A DNA stretch of 64,000 nt from Vicugna vicugna (Eukaryota), in the NCBI GenBank assembly GCA_013265495.1, contig MU058423.1, positions 633,061 through 697,060 on the forward strand, written 5' to 3'. Below are positions 39,301 through 51,430 of this stretch, in pieces (positions within the stretch are counted from its first letter, which is position 1; every line of letters starts with the position of its first letter). Position numbers and translations under genes: made by a program. Under the pieces are notes generated by a model. That model had not been told where the DNA came from, did not search any database, and saw only the letters and a list, made by a program, of their open reading frames with translations.

Positions 39301-42300
39301 GGGTCTGTGAAGGGGGAAAGAAAGGTGTGAGCCATGGTGGGGCCCTGCTCTGCTCACTCTGTGTCCCCTCCAGCCTCGTCTCTTCGCTGGCCAAGCCAGA
39401 TGTGAGATGTCCAGAAGGAAGGGAGCCAGAGGCCCAGGGTAGGGGGGCAGGGTGCTGCCTGCTTACAGACTTTCAAGACCTCTGCAAGCACTTACCAGGC
39501 CCTCTTGCAGGTACTTTATGAATCATAACCTGTGTGATCCTCACAAGGACCCAACAAGGTGGGTCATCTCCACTTTTCAGACATGCAGAGGGAGGCGACG
39601 AGGGGACAAAGTGAGTTGACCAGTTCCCACAGCTGAGCCGGGGCAGAGCCAGCATTCACCCCAGCAGCCTGCTGCAGAGCTGTGCCCCGGCCCTGCACAA
39701 GATACTGCCCACCTTCGTGGGGTGAGCACCTGCCCGCTCACCTGTGCTGAGTATGTTACAGGATATTAGAAGCTGAAGATGATTAGATGTGGTTCTGGCC
39801 TCAGAGGAATTGGTGATACGGTAGGGGCAGGACATACCTGCGAAGTGGCTCAAAAACAGTGAAAAAGGATACCCTTAAGAGTTAAGCAAACAGACCAAAA
39901 AAAGAAACTATACATTTATTTAAGCATCACTGATCTCAGAAAGCAAAATGGGCAGCCCAGCCTTACTCCCCAAGTATAAAAAGACCCCATGACAGGGGAA
40001 GGGGTTTGCACCGGCCTTGTGATCAGATGAGTGAGCTCATTGTCACCTCCCTCCAACCTCTCCCAGGAGCCCAGGGAAGCAGCTATAGACCAGGCCCGTG
40101 GAGGGGTGATTGCCCACGGCTGGTGGAGGCTCCACTGAAAGGTGACAAGATTGCAGAAGGAGGGGAAGGGACCCCGCCTGACTGCTCATGGGCTGTGCTG
40201 GGATATCAAATCGATGATGTGTTTTGACCACATAGAATAGAAGCTGAGCATTTTGATTCAGTATGAAATGTTCTATGCCTTCAAAAAGGGAGAAGGAGAA
40301 ATGAATAAACTTTCCAAGAAACTAATTAAGCTGCAGGCAGTTCATCCGGTCTTTCTAATCCAGATATTGGACACACACAATATTGGACACGTGGTTCCCA
40401 GACAGCCCATCAGGACACAAAGTAGACCAGTTTAATCATTTTCTTCTGGCAGATAATGAAGCTGTTTCATTTTATTTTGGTTTATATCATGTTGGGCTCT
40501 CCAGGCTCAGTGAGGAAAAGGTTGGCATCTTGCCAGAGAGAGAGGGGAGGGAAGGAGAGAGAGAGAGAGAGAATAAAATGAATTATCTCTGGAAGAAAGG
40601 AGACTTCTCCTCACCACACCTTGGTCATCATAGTATAAAAAGTCCGTAGTAAAAAGTGTGTTGTAGGAGAGGGGATGGGAGTGGGTTTACACAATCTTCA
40701 AAAGGCAAAGAGAACCTCAGGCTGAAGAGCAGCCCATGGCCTGGGTACCAGTCAGCAAGAAAGGAGATGACTTCCTGTGTTGTTGGATCACAGCCTCACT
40801 GGGCACAGTGTCTCCTAGGTTAGCCTGACTCAATAGTCGGAGCCCTGGTAGACTCTGGGAGGTTGCAGGCTCCTGCTCAGATGGGCAGGTGGCCCTGTCT
40901 GTCCTCCAGGAGGGCCCTGAGGCCCAGAACTCGGGGCTGGCCCCACTGTTCTCTCACTCTCCTGGCCCTTGAGCTGGACCACCTCAGCATCTACTCTCTG
41001 CTTTGTCTCCTACATACCTTGCAGCCCTGCCAGGTATCCCCAGCCCTCCTGACTTGCTGTCACTTCATAGCATCTCTGCAACCCCAGAGCTTGCAGTCTC
41101 AGTTTTCTTATCCAAAAAATGGGGATAGTAAAACCTATCTCACAGGTGCCTGGGACGATCCTGTGAGATAAGGTACCCAACCTGCTTTGTAAGGAACCCA
41201 CCACGAGTGCTCAGGATTGGCTGGGATTTTAAGTCATATTCAGGGTCACGCCCAGTTACATCTGCCTCCCAACTAGATCCCCTTCCTGCAAACTCCCTGA
41301 TGCTAATGTCTGACTGACCTTCCCAAAGCTGTTCTTTTGTCATTTGCTCTTAAGTAGCCACAGCCCTTACTGAAAGCCTGTGGATCAAGTCCAAACTCCC
41401 CAGCTGGGCCTCCAAAACCCCCTCCATGGTCCCCACCTTACCTTGCCAGCCTGCTCTCTGCCAGCCACACAACCTGTAGCTGCTGCACTTATCAGCCTGG
41501 CCTATTTACTGTTCTCCTCTCACACCAACCTATCCTTCCAATTCAGGAGGAAAGCAATTAACACAAAGGCTCTCATTTTTTATTGAATGCATTGATAATG
41601 ATAATGGAAAAAGTAGATAACATTTGTATTTGACCTTACATTTAATAGAATATCTACATACACATGTATCTGTGGGTAGATATGTATACATATACATATA
41701 TCTATATAAAATGTCACACCTCCTTGAAGGGATGGGTTCAAGTTAACATTTGCTGAACATCTACCAGGGACCGGCTACTGTGCCAGGCAGAACATGAATC
41801 TGAAATAGGAGGACATCAGGCTCTGTGGTAGGTCCAGATGTTTCGGGGTCATCACTTCCTCCTGGTACCTGACATCGTTTCCCGTACATGAAACCATCTA
41901 CCGGTCCCATGGGCTTGGCCAGCCCTGCTCGCTCACACAAAGCACAGATGCCAAGACACACACGGTTGCACATGGAGGCCCAAGTGCACAGAGTTAACGT
42001 GGCATGAATTACTCCAGCAAGGTGTGTGGGTTCCATGTGGCCTGGCCTATCTAGCTGGATTATAACTCTTTGAAGCTTTGCATCTATTACCCTTCACAGG
42101 CGGCCGGGCAGCTTGCAATGAAACACACAGTTGCTTTTTGTTTGCCCTGATTCCCTGGCCGTCATCCCCACTGTGGCCATTGGGCTGTGCTCTCAACTCA
42201 GACCTCCTCCCTTTGTCCTCCTTTTTAACCACCCCCAGGTCTCTGGCTCTTATGTCCTGGCATTGCCAACCATCAGGGTTAGAAGGGAGCTTGGCTTGGT

Positions 42301-42775
42301 GTTCACAGCATCTGTTTCCACCTGGCAGCACTAGTTCCGAATGGGTCGCTGTCAGGGAGTGTGAAATCTACAGCTCCAACAGTTGTGCCTGTGGTTCACT
42401 GGGAGCGCTGTGGTGGGAACACCCCCGCACAGTGTGCAAAGGGTCATGACCCCTGTGTCAGAGCAGGCTGGGGAACAGATATGCCCGGCGTGGAGCCGGA
42501 CAGACTTGAGGGTGAACTTGGACCTGTCACCTAACCTCTCTGAGCTTCTGTTGCATCATCTGTAAAGTTAAAATAATGACTTCACAAGGCTGCTGTGAGG
42601 AAATGCCTGTGAAAGAGCAGAGCTCAGCGCCAAGCATCCAGCTATCGCTCAAAAATGATTATTTGTACCTTTGGCAGTTCTTGCCCTGCCCACACCACAG
42701 GATTGCCAGGAGGATTTAAAAAGTGCTTTGTAAATTGCAAAGTGTATACCAATGGGAGATACTGCTATGTCGGAA

Positions 42776-42979
42776 CAGGGGTCTGCAAACTTGGTCGGTG
42801 AAGAATCAGACAGTAAATATTTCAGGGCTTTGTGGGCCCGACAGTCTCTGTAGCAACAGCTCAACTCTGCCAGCGTAGCAGGAAAGCAGCCACAGACAAC
42901 AGATAAATGTACCTCAAACTTTATTTACAAAACAATAGCAAGTCTTCGTTAGCCTGTAGGCCACAGTTCACCAATTCTG
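42776..42979 (+). mobile_element. MER58A hAT-Charlie DNA transposon
   Basis: caggggtctgcaaact...cagtaaatatttcagggctttgtgggcc...actttatttacaaaac...cagttcaccaattctg. 8-bp TSD tgtcggaa / tgttagaa. Confidence 0.9.
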
Positions 42980-43038
42980 TGTTAGAAGATGGGGTGGGGA
43001 CCAGGGCCCTCAGGCTCTGTGACTGAGGCCCACTCTTT

Positions 43039-43104
43039 TATTTTTTAATTGAAGTATAGTCAGTTTGCACTGTGTTTTAATTTCTGGTGTACAGCAGAAT
43101 AATC

Positions 43105-43155
<51 letters not shown>

Positions 43156-44009
43156 CATATTTTTTGGAAGTTCAATTGGTTTACAATGTTGTGTTACTTT
43201 CTGGTGTACAGCATAGTGATTCAGTTATACATTTATATATTCTTTTTCATTATAAGTTATTGTAAGATATTGAGTATAGTTCCCTGTGGTATACAATAAG
43301 ACCTTGTTGTTTATCTATTTTATATACAGTAGTTAGGATCTGCTAATCTCAAACTACGAATTTATCCCTCCCCTCCTTCCCCTTTAGTAACCATAAGTTT
43401 GTTTTCTATGTCTGTGAGTCTCTGTTTTGTAAGTAAGTTCATTTGTATCATTTTTTTAGATTCCACATATAAGTGATACCATATAATACTTGTCTTTTTC
43501 TGACTTACCTCACTTAGTATGATAATCTCTAGGTCCATCCATGTTGCTGCAAATGGCATTATTTCATTCTTTTTGATGGCTGAGTAGTGTTCCATTGTAT
43601 ATGTATACCACATCTTTATCCAGTCATCTGGCGATGGACATTTAAGTTGCTTCCATGTCTTGGCTATTGTAAATAGTGCTGCTGTGAACATTGGGGTGCA
43701 TGTATCTTTTCAAATTAGACTTTCCTCCAGATATATGCCCAGGAATGCGATTGCTAGATCATATGGTAAGTCTATTTTTAGTTTTTTAAGGAATTTCCAT
43801 GCTGTTTTCTATAGTGGCTGCCCCAAATTACATTCCCACCACAGTGCAGGAGGATTCCCTTTTCTCCACACCCTCTCCAGCATTTATCATTTGTGGACTT
43901 TTAAATGATGGCCATTCTGACTGGTGAGGTGATAACTCATTGTAGGTCTAATGTGCATTTCTCTAATAATTAATGATACTGAGCATCTTTTCGTGTGCCT
44001 ATTGGCTTT
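43039..44009 (-). mobile_element. Young camelid L1 3' fragment (ORF2 C-terminus plus 3' UTR) with doubled 3' end
   Basis: ORF 43362-43691 MFTAALFTIAKTWKQLKCPS...MPFAATWMDLEIIILSEVSQ is the L1 ORF2p C-terminus. TSD ctgaggcccactcttt (43023-43038) / ctgaggcccgctcttt (44010-44025). Confidence 0.95.
43110..43151. repeat. (TA)n microsatellite
   Basis: About 20 uninterrupted TA units. Confidence 0.95.
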
Positions 44010-44209
44010 CTGAGGCCCGCTCTTTGCCTCTCTCTTTTGCAGGTCCATGTAGAGCATTTGATGTGGATCCAATCCCAGCAGAAAACTTGGAACTGGGAAA
44101 AGAGCACAAGAGTGACCTTCCACCCACCTCCCCTTGTCTCGTGAGTCTGCGGGAGGGACTCTTGGGTCAACTGGTCCAGTCACTTGCCCTGGCGTGAGTC
44201 CATCTGGAC

Positions 44210-44670
44210 CAGGGGTTGCACAGTCAAATACCCACCAGCAAAAGTGGGTAATAAAAATGCGTGCAGGCTCTAGGTGCCGTTCAGTCTATCTCCTACTTTC
44301 CAATTTTTGGCTGAGGTGTGGGACAGCAGTGTTCCTCTGCTAGGAGAAAGCCCCAGAGCAAGCATGATGATAAATGACCACGACACTCAAGGTCAGAGAC
44401 AATAGGGAGTGGTGGAGACTGAGGTGGACTGGACAAGCAATGGCCCATGTGAAAGGCTATGGGGAGCAACTGCTCAGCTCCCAATGAGTGCCGCCTTTGA
44501 GGAACTGGGGACCAGTGTTAACGCATCTTCTAGTTTTTAGGACAAGCTATAAATACAAATTTTCTTGCAAAAGCTTCCAGTTCTGAATATTGGATGCATT
44601 TAAAACAAACAAACTAAAAGGCCAAAGAAAACAGATCTGGAACATCTAAGGAGATCATTTTGCACTTCTA
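44210..44670 (+). mobile_element. MER102-like hAT-Charlie DNA transposon (decayed)
   Basis: Start caggggttgcacagtcaaatacc; internal ggggaccagtgttaacgcatcttctagttttt...ggccaaagaaaacagatctg. Confidence 0.55.
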
Positions 44671-44773
44671 AGTTTCTGGATCTGGAGAAACGAAAGGTTC
44701 AAAGCCTGCTCTGGAGATGCACGGCTGTGCAAGGAAAGGTTTCTAGGGGAGAAGCCTGGGGGTGTTCTGTACC

Positions 44774-44965
44774 CAGGGTTTCTTAGCCTCAGGATTATTG
44801 CTGTTTTGGGCCAGATAATTCTTTGCTGTGGGGATCTGTCCTGTGCATTGTAGTATGTTTAGCAGCCTCCCTGGCCTCCCTCCACTAATGCCCAAGTAGT
44901 AACAACCAAAAATGTGTCCAGACTTGCCCCCTGAGAGGCAAAATCACCTGGGCTGAGAACTCCTG
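44774..44965 (+). mobile_element. MER20 hAT-Charlie DNA transposon
   Basis: ttttgggccagataattctttgctgtgggg..ctgtcctgtgcattgtagtatgtttagcagcctccctggcctc...acaaccaaaaatgtgtccagac. Confidence 0.95.
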
Positions 44966-45923
44966 GGTTAACCCCTCCAGAGACCAAGAGACAGGCCTGC
45001 CAAGTGATAGCGCTTCAGCAGCGATGAGTGGGCAAATGTTTCTAAATTAGCAAATTTTAATTTAGACCTAAATCTCCATTATTGCCCGAGGCGTGAGGAA
45101 AATTGGTGACCGTTTAAAATTAATTGGAACCCGCTGTGAATCAGTGGAGGGTGAAAAGCAGAAAAAGGCTGAATAATGAACTGGACTAGAGTGAGGGGGC
45201 AGAGGGGCAGGGAAGGTGGGGCAACAGCTGGTGACAGATTGACGAGGAGCCCCGGCTGGCTGGGAACAGGGCGTCCTGCCAGGGAATCCCGCCACCACGC
45301 TGTGGCAGCAGCAGCCACTGGAGCCTCAGCATGGGACCCTGAAGGGAGACATGTGTTCAAAGGCCTGGGGCTGGAGCCCAACCGAGTTCCATGGGGAGCA
45401 GGACCTGGCAGGGATGGACGCAGGTAGAACAAAGTCCTGAAAATAGGGAGGGATGGTTCCTGAGGCTGATGGCAGTTTCCTGAAACATTCAGACACCTCG
45501 GTGCTGTGTGTTACGAAAACTACTTGAGTAGGAGCATCAATTCTCCCTCTGTAGACTCAGAAAACCATTGTAAATGTGGGTGATTCCTCAGACCAATGGC
45601 TAAAGGTCTAAGTGTCCTCAGGGCCAAGCCCTGACTACAGGCACTGGAGGCCTGAACAATTTGAGGGAGAGATGCTCTGATGGGGGTGGGGAGGGGCTGA
45701 GGGGCAGGCCTGGGGGCACAGCGGCAGGAGTGTCTGGGAAAGAGGAAGGGCCTGAGGAGGGTCCTCTGGAGGAAAAGGCAAGGGTGTCTTTCGTCAGAAG
45801 AGTGGGTCTGGTGGCCCTGGAGGGAGGGGCAGGGGTTGGAGGAGAGCAATTCTACTAGGATGAGCTGTTGTCTCAAGACTCCTCTAAGTTTGGATCTCAA
45901 ATGAGACCTTAGTAAACCAGAGT

Positions 45924-46110
45924 TTCTTTTTTTTTTTCTTTTTTTAAACAGTTGTTTGTTGGGTTTGTTTTTTGTTTTGTTTTGTTTTTTGGTGGGGAGA
46001 AGTAATTAGGTTTATTTATTTATTTGTTTTCAGTGGAGGTACTGGGAGTTGAACCCAGGACCTCGTGCATGCTAGGCACACACTCTGCCACTGGGCTATA
46101 CCCTCCCCTC
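45924..46110 (-). mobile_element. Camelid vic-1-like SINE
   Basis: Poly(T) tail, gtaattaggtttatttatttattt, gtactgggagttgaacccaggacctcgtgcatgctaggc...gctataccctcccc. Confidence 0.9.
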
Positions 46111-46875
46111 ACCTAGGCTTTCCTTTTTTGAGTTTCTTTCACGGACACTTGAGGTCAAAAGAATACAGCTTAGTTTGCCAAGCTAGAAATGTCCCTGAGG
46201 TCCTGGCTGCTGGTCACCAAGGGCCTCCCAGGGAGAGGGGGTGGTCGGAGCTCCGGCCGTGGTTTTGGGAGCTCAGCAGCCAAAGCTGCCCTCCGAAGCA
46301 GGAGATGAACGCCCACATTCCAGCCCTCTAACCAAGTAGGGCAGTGAGTAGCAGTCCCATTTGATGGATTAAAAAACTGAGGTACAGAGAAGTAGTGAGT
46401 CAGTCAAAGCCACCCAACCAGGAAGTTGCAGGCTGGAGAGGAGCCCAGGGGTCCTGACTCCTGCTCTAGGGTCCTTTGAACATTCCACGTTGCTTGTTCC
46501 AAGTGAATAGTGCCTGCGGATGCAAAGTTAGGTGAGGGGAGAGGAGCAAAGCTCAGGATTATCTGTGGGGAGTAGCTTGGACCTTACTGGGGTCTGTGGT
46601 CTGCCTGGGACACTTCAGCGCTGCTCTGAATCTGAAGACAAGTCCTGGACCCACTGCCCACCGCTCCAGCCTGTACCACGCAGTTGTGACCTTATTTGCC
46701 TTTGAATAGACAGGCGTGGTCTTCAATGATGCAGGTCCCCACCTACCCCTGAAGAAGCCTGTCACCCAAAAATAACTTGAAAAGCAGACAGAGGGAAGCA
46801 GATAAGTATTCAAAATCATTTATTTATAGCACAGAGCACAAAGCTGTCAAAGAGACTACAGGCAAGCGACAGCTA

Positions 46876-46894
46876 CAGCACCCCCTGGGGGGGC
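46876..46894 (-). promoter_or_regulatory. Candidate CTCF site
   Basis: Minus strand gcccccccagggggtgctg vs consensus tggccaccagggggcgcta. Confidence 0.35.
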
Positions 46895-48139
46895 ATTAGG
46901 GGCCTCTCCCACCCCACGGGGCTGCCTCACAATGTGCCTCCAGATCTGGCCTAGCCTGATCTGCAGAGAAGTAGAAGACAGGGTGAGGTACCAGGGTGAG
47001 GAGGGAAGGGGAGGAGCAAAGAGCATGACCTCAGTTGAGTGTTAGATTAGAGGGCATCAGACAGAGCTTTCTGGGAGATGCCAAGATCCTGTCACTGGAG
47101 GGGTTTATGCAGAGGCTGAGACCCCATTCTGGTTTTGCTGGTAGAATCCCTGCTTGACGGGGTCGGTGCTTTCTACCTCTGGCTATAGCTGAGAAAGATA
47201 AAGTTTTGCTGGCTCACATCCCATTCTTTCTCGGGGGCTGGACACCTGTGGCTCAAGTCCTCTTTCTGCTCACTCTTTAGCTGTACCCCTTGGGGTCCAT
47301 GGTGTAGAAGTCAGTCTGCATCAGACGCTGTGCACTAGACGACCCCTAAGTCCTCTTCCAGCTCTGAATCTGAAATTCTGAAATGTTCCAGCCTAGCACT
47401 ACAGCCTTTAGAAAAGAAACATCCAAAAATTGTGTTGCATAAACAACTATTTCAAAGGGACAAAAGGGATGAGAAGCCAGAGAATTTCAGACTTGTGTAA
47501 CAGACAGAATTATTTTTGAAGGAATTTCAATAAGAAAGGTGCTTTTATAGCTCTCCATGTGTATTTTGTTAACTGAAAACCAAAAATAATACACTGGCTG
47601 ATCAAAACTGACAACACCAAACTCAAACGCCACTGAATCCTGAACAATGTATACAACCCGACCCAAATCAGCAAGATTCTATCTAGACTATCAAAGTGAA
47701 CAGCAGCCTGGTTCTCAACCACAGAAGGTCAGCAAACACTTGCAAGACCTGTGGACTAGCAGACCTCTGATACAGATCAGCTCTGCGATTCTGCCCTGCT
47801 CACCACCGATTCCTTTCCTCACTCAGGATGATTGCTCCCCATAGCAATCAAGGTAAAACCAATAACAGTTTGTGAAGGCAATTGCAATTCCTAATTGCTC
47901 AGTCATGTTACATCCGATTAACTCTGTGAAAACTTGCAAAGTGGGGAAGCCCAAACCTTGCAAGGACTGTGCATGTATGCCCTGGCCCGCCTGCCCGCAG
48001 GTCTGTGTCACCAGCGCCCCGTGTGCCTGGAGCCGTGCCAAGGGAAACAACTGCAGTGGAAGGCAGACATTTCTCAAGGAGCTGAGGTCGCTTTGGGGAG
48101 AAAGGATGCTTACGTTACTCTTTCGTCCCTGCATTAAAA

Positions 48140-49240
48140 ATGATTTGTTTTGAAATAATTGCAAACTTACTACAAAGCTGTAAGTACAGTATAAGGAATT
48201 TCTGTGTCCCGCACCTTCACCCAGATGCCCTCGTTGCTAGTGTTTCACTGCATTTGTTCACCCCCACCGTGTGGTGTGTGTATGATGATTTATGTTTTCC
48301 TATACCCATTATCACTAGTCTTTTCCTGAACCACTTGAAACTGAGTTGCCGACATGATGTCCTATCGCTCCTAAATACTGCAGTGTTTATTTCTCAAAAC
48401 CCGGGTTGTTCTCCACATAACTACTGTACAACCCTGCAAATCAGAAAATCGACACTGATACAACATCATCATCCAATTCCCAAACTCCACCCAGATTTCA
48501 CCAACTGTCCCAGCAATGACCCTTTCCTTCCAGGTCCAGGTCACCAGCAAGGAGCATGTTCTGCATTCGGTTGTCTTACCTCTTTAATCTCCTCTGTCTG
48601 GAACAGTTCCTCAGTTTTCCTGACTTTCATGTCCTCGATGATTGTAAAGTACCGGCTTTACATTCTCCAGGATGTCCCTCAACCTAAGTCATCTGAAGCT
48701 TCTTTCTGGCAGAGTCAGGTCAGGATTTCCTGGCAGGAATATTGCAGAAATGGCACCATGCTCTTCTCACTGCCTCACGTTGGGAGGGCACACGATGTCC
48801 ATCTGTCTCCACACACTAGTTGACTCCTTGGCCATGTTGCCATTCTCCACCTTAAAGTCACCATTATTACCTTTGCAATTTAGTAGTATTATGTATGATG
48901 CCAATATCCTATTCTTCATTTAACTTCTACCTCCCAGCCTCCATCAATGACTTCCATCTGAATCAAATAACACTATGGTTGTTGCCAAATGGTGATTTTC
49001 TGTTTCCATGATCCCATTTTCACTTATTTGGCTTATACTTCAAAGAAGAACTTTTCCTTGTCTTATTTTTTGTTTGTTTGTTTATTATTTGTTTATTCGG
49101 TGTGGACTTACAGACTCCTATTTTGTTCAACGGCTTGCATCTCTTACAATTATTAATTGTCTTGAAGCTGAAATTGTCCCAGATTTAGCCAGTGAGGCGA
49201 TTCTTGGGTCCTTTTTATGTGTCCTAATCACTCTTTGAGC
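48140..49240 (-). mobile_element. L1MC4/5-like 3' region
   Basis: ttgttttgaaataattgcaaacttac...cttcacccagat...gttgccaaatggtgattttct...aaattgtcccagatttagccagtg. Confidence 0.8.
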
Positions 49241-49254
49241 GTCTCATCTAGGTT

Positions 49255-50490
49255 TATATCAAAAGCATAGGCAACAAAAGAAAAAATAGACAAATAGGAC
49301 GACATCAAACTGAAAAGCCTCTGTTCAGCAAAGGGTACAACAGAATGAAAAAGCAACCTACAGAACAGGAGAAAATATTTGCAAACCATATATCTGAAAA
49401 GGGGTTAACTTCCAAAATATACAAGGAACTCCTACAACTCAACAGCAAAACACAAATAACTGATTAGAAAGTGAGCAAAGAACTTGAACAGACATTTCTC
49501 CAAGGAAGACATACAAATGCCAACAAGTATGTGAAAAGATACTCAAGGCCATGAATTATCAAGGAAATGCAAATCAAAGCTACAATGTAATATCATCACA
49601 CACCTGTTAGGATGTCTGTTATTTAAAAGACAAGAGGCAACAAGTGTTGGTGAGGTTGTAGGGAAATCGGAACCCTCGTATACCATTGATGGCAGTCTAA
49701 ACTGATGGAGCAGCTATGGAAGACAGTATGGAGATGCCTCAAAAAATTAAAAATAGAACTATCATAAGGTCCAGCATTCCCACTTCAGGATATATCCAAA
49801 AGAACTGAAATCGGGATCTTGAAGAAATAGCTGCACTCCCGTGTTCACTGCAGCACTATTCACTACAGCCAAGATAAGGAAACAACCCAAGTAGCCGCTG
49901 ATGGATGGATTGACAAAAAATGTGGTGTATACATATGATACATATGTATGTGTATACATATGAAGTATCATTTAGCCTTTAAAAAAGGAAGGAGATCCTG
50001 CCTTTTGTAACAACATGGACGAACCTGGAGGACATTATGCTAAGTGAATAAGCTGGTCACAGAGGAACAAATACTGCATAATTTCATTTATATAGAAGTA
50101 TCTAAAATAGTCAAACTCACAGAGGAAGAGAATATGACAGTGGTTGCCAGGGCTGGCGGTGGGGATGGAAATGGAGAGTTGTTCAATGAGTGTAAAATTC
50201 CAGTTCTGCTAGAGGAACAAGTTATGGAGACCTGCTGTGCCACATCCTAGAGTTAACAGCATGGTAATGTGCACCTCAGAGTTCATTAAGAGGGTAGATC
50301 TCATGCTAAGTGTTCTTTCCACAAACAAACAAAGGAGCACGGGGGAACTTTGGGGAGGTGCTGGATATGTCTGTTACCTTGATTGTGGTGATGGTGTTTG
50401 CATATGTCCAGGTTCATAAAACTGTACACATTAAATAAGTGCAGTTCTTTGTAAGTCAATTACATCTCAACAAAACTGTTTAAAAAATAG
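49255..50490 (+). mobile_element. L1MA9/L1MB-type 3' fragment (ORF2 end plus 3' UTR)
   Basis: aaaatatttgcaaaccatatatctg...cacacctgttaggatg...aacatggacgaacctggaggacattatgctaagtgaa...gtagatctcatgctaagtgttct. Confidence 0.9.
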
Positions 50491-50526
50491 ATTTAAGTAA
50501 ATGTTTAAAAAATAGATTTAAGTAAA
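50477..50526. repeat. Perfect 25-bp tandem duplication at an L1 tail
   Basis: tgtttaaaaaatagatttaagtaaa x2. Confidence 0.9.
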
Positions 50527-50729
50527 TGTTACTCCCCAATCCATCTTTATCCTTTATAGCCTTTGCTTGGCAGGGCACTTTGGATATGTCAGCTTGAACT
50601 ATATGAAATTGGCTGATACTTGATCATTTTGAAATATAAAGATGGTGTTTTATATGGATCATCCTAATGGCTCAATAAATGAATGATAAAGGGTATTTAT
50701 TTAAAATTTTTACTTAATCAGTTGAATCA

Positions 50730-51430
50730 ACCAATTCCAGCCTAGATCTCTTTTTGAAAGCCAGACTGATATATCCAATTCCCTTTGCGACATTTCCTCT
50801 TGCGTGTCTAATAGACATCTCAGAGTTGATGGGCCCACAATGAAATTCTTACCCTAGTGCCCATCCTGCACTCCTTGCTACTCTGCCTTTATCTCAGTAA
50901 ATGACAACACTATTCTTCTTTCAAAGGAGTCCTCAAATCCACCATTGCCAGTTCCACCCTGGTATAAAGCTCCATCATTTCTTACCTCGTCTCCCTATTG
51001 ATTCCTCTGATTTCATTCTTGGTCCTCCACTTCTTGTCATCTCTTCTACACTCAGAACCTCAGGTGATGTTTAAAAATGAAAACCAGGCCATGACACTCC
51101 TCTCCCATGACCTGGTCTTGACCATGTCCCCAGCTCCCTCTTCTCTGGGCTCCCTCTCATCCACTTGCATCTTGTCACACTGACTTCTTGACCTTTTTTA
51201 ACATGCCAGCTCCTTCCTTCCACAGGGCTCTCCTGACACCGCTAATCACTCACTTCATTCATGTCTCTGCTCACTTCTCAGCTCCAGAGACCCTCCCGCC
51301 TCAATAGCCTCCCCGACTACAGTGGGAAGAGATTTGCCTCTAACTTGCTGATCAATATCACTCCCCCCCTGGTGTCCAGTACAGTCCCTGGCACATGGTA
51401 GACCCTCAATAAATAATTAATGAATTAATT
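50730..51430 (+). mobile_element. L2 LINE 3' portion
   Basis: ccagcctagatctc...atctcagtaaatgacaacac...cctggcacatggtagaccctcaataaataattaatgaat. Confidence 0.8.

Noticed and set aside
43362..43691. 109-aa ORF with a recognisable protein sequence
   Set aside because: It is the L1 ORF2p C-terminus of a truncated retrotransposon, not a host gene.
48140..48823. 227-aa ORF on plus
   Set aside because: Lies antisense within an L1MC 3' region; a chance open frame.
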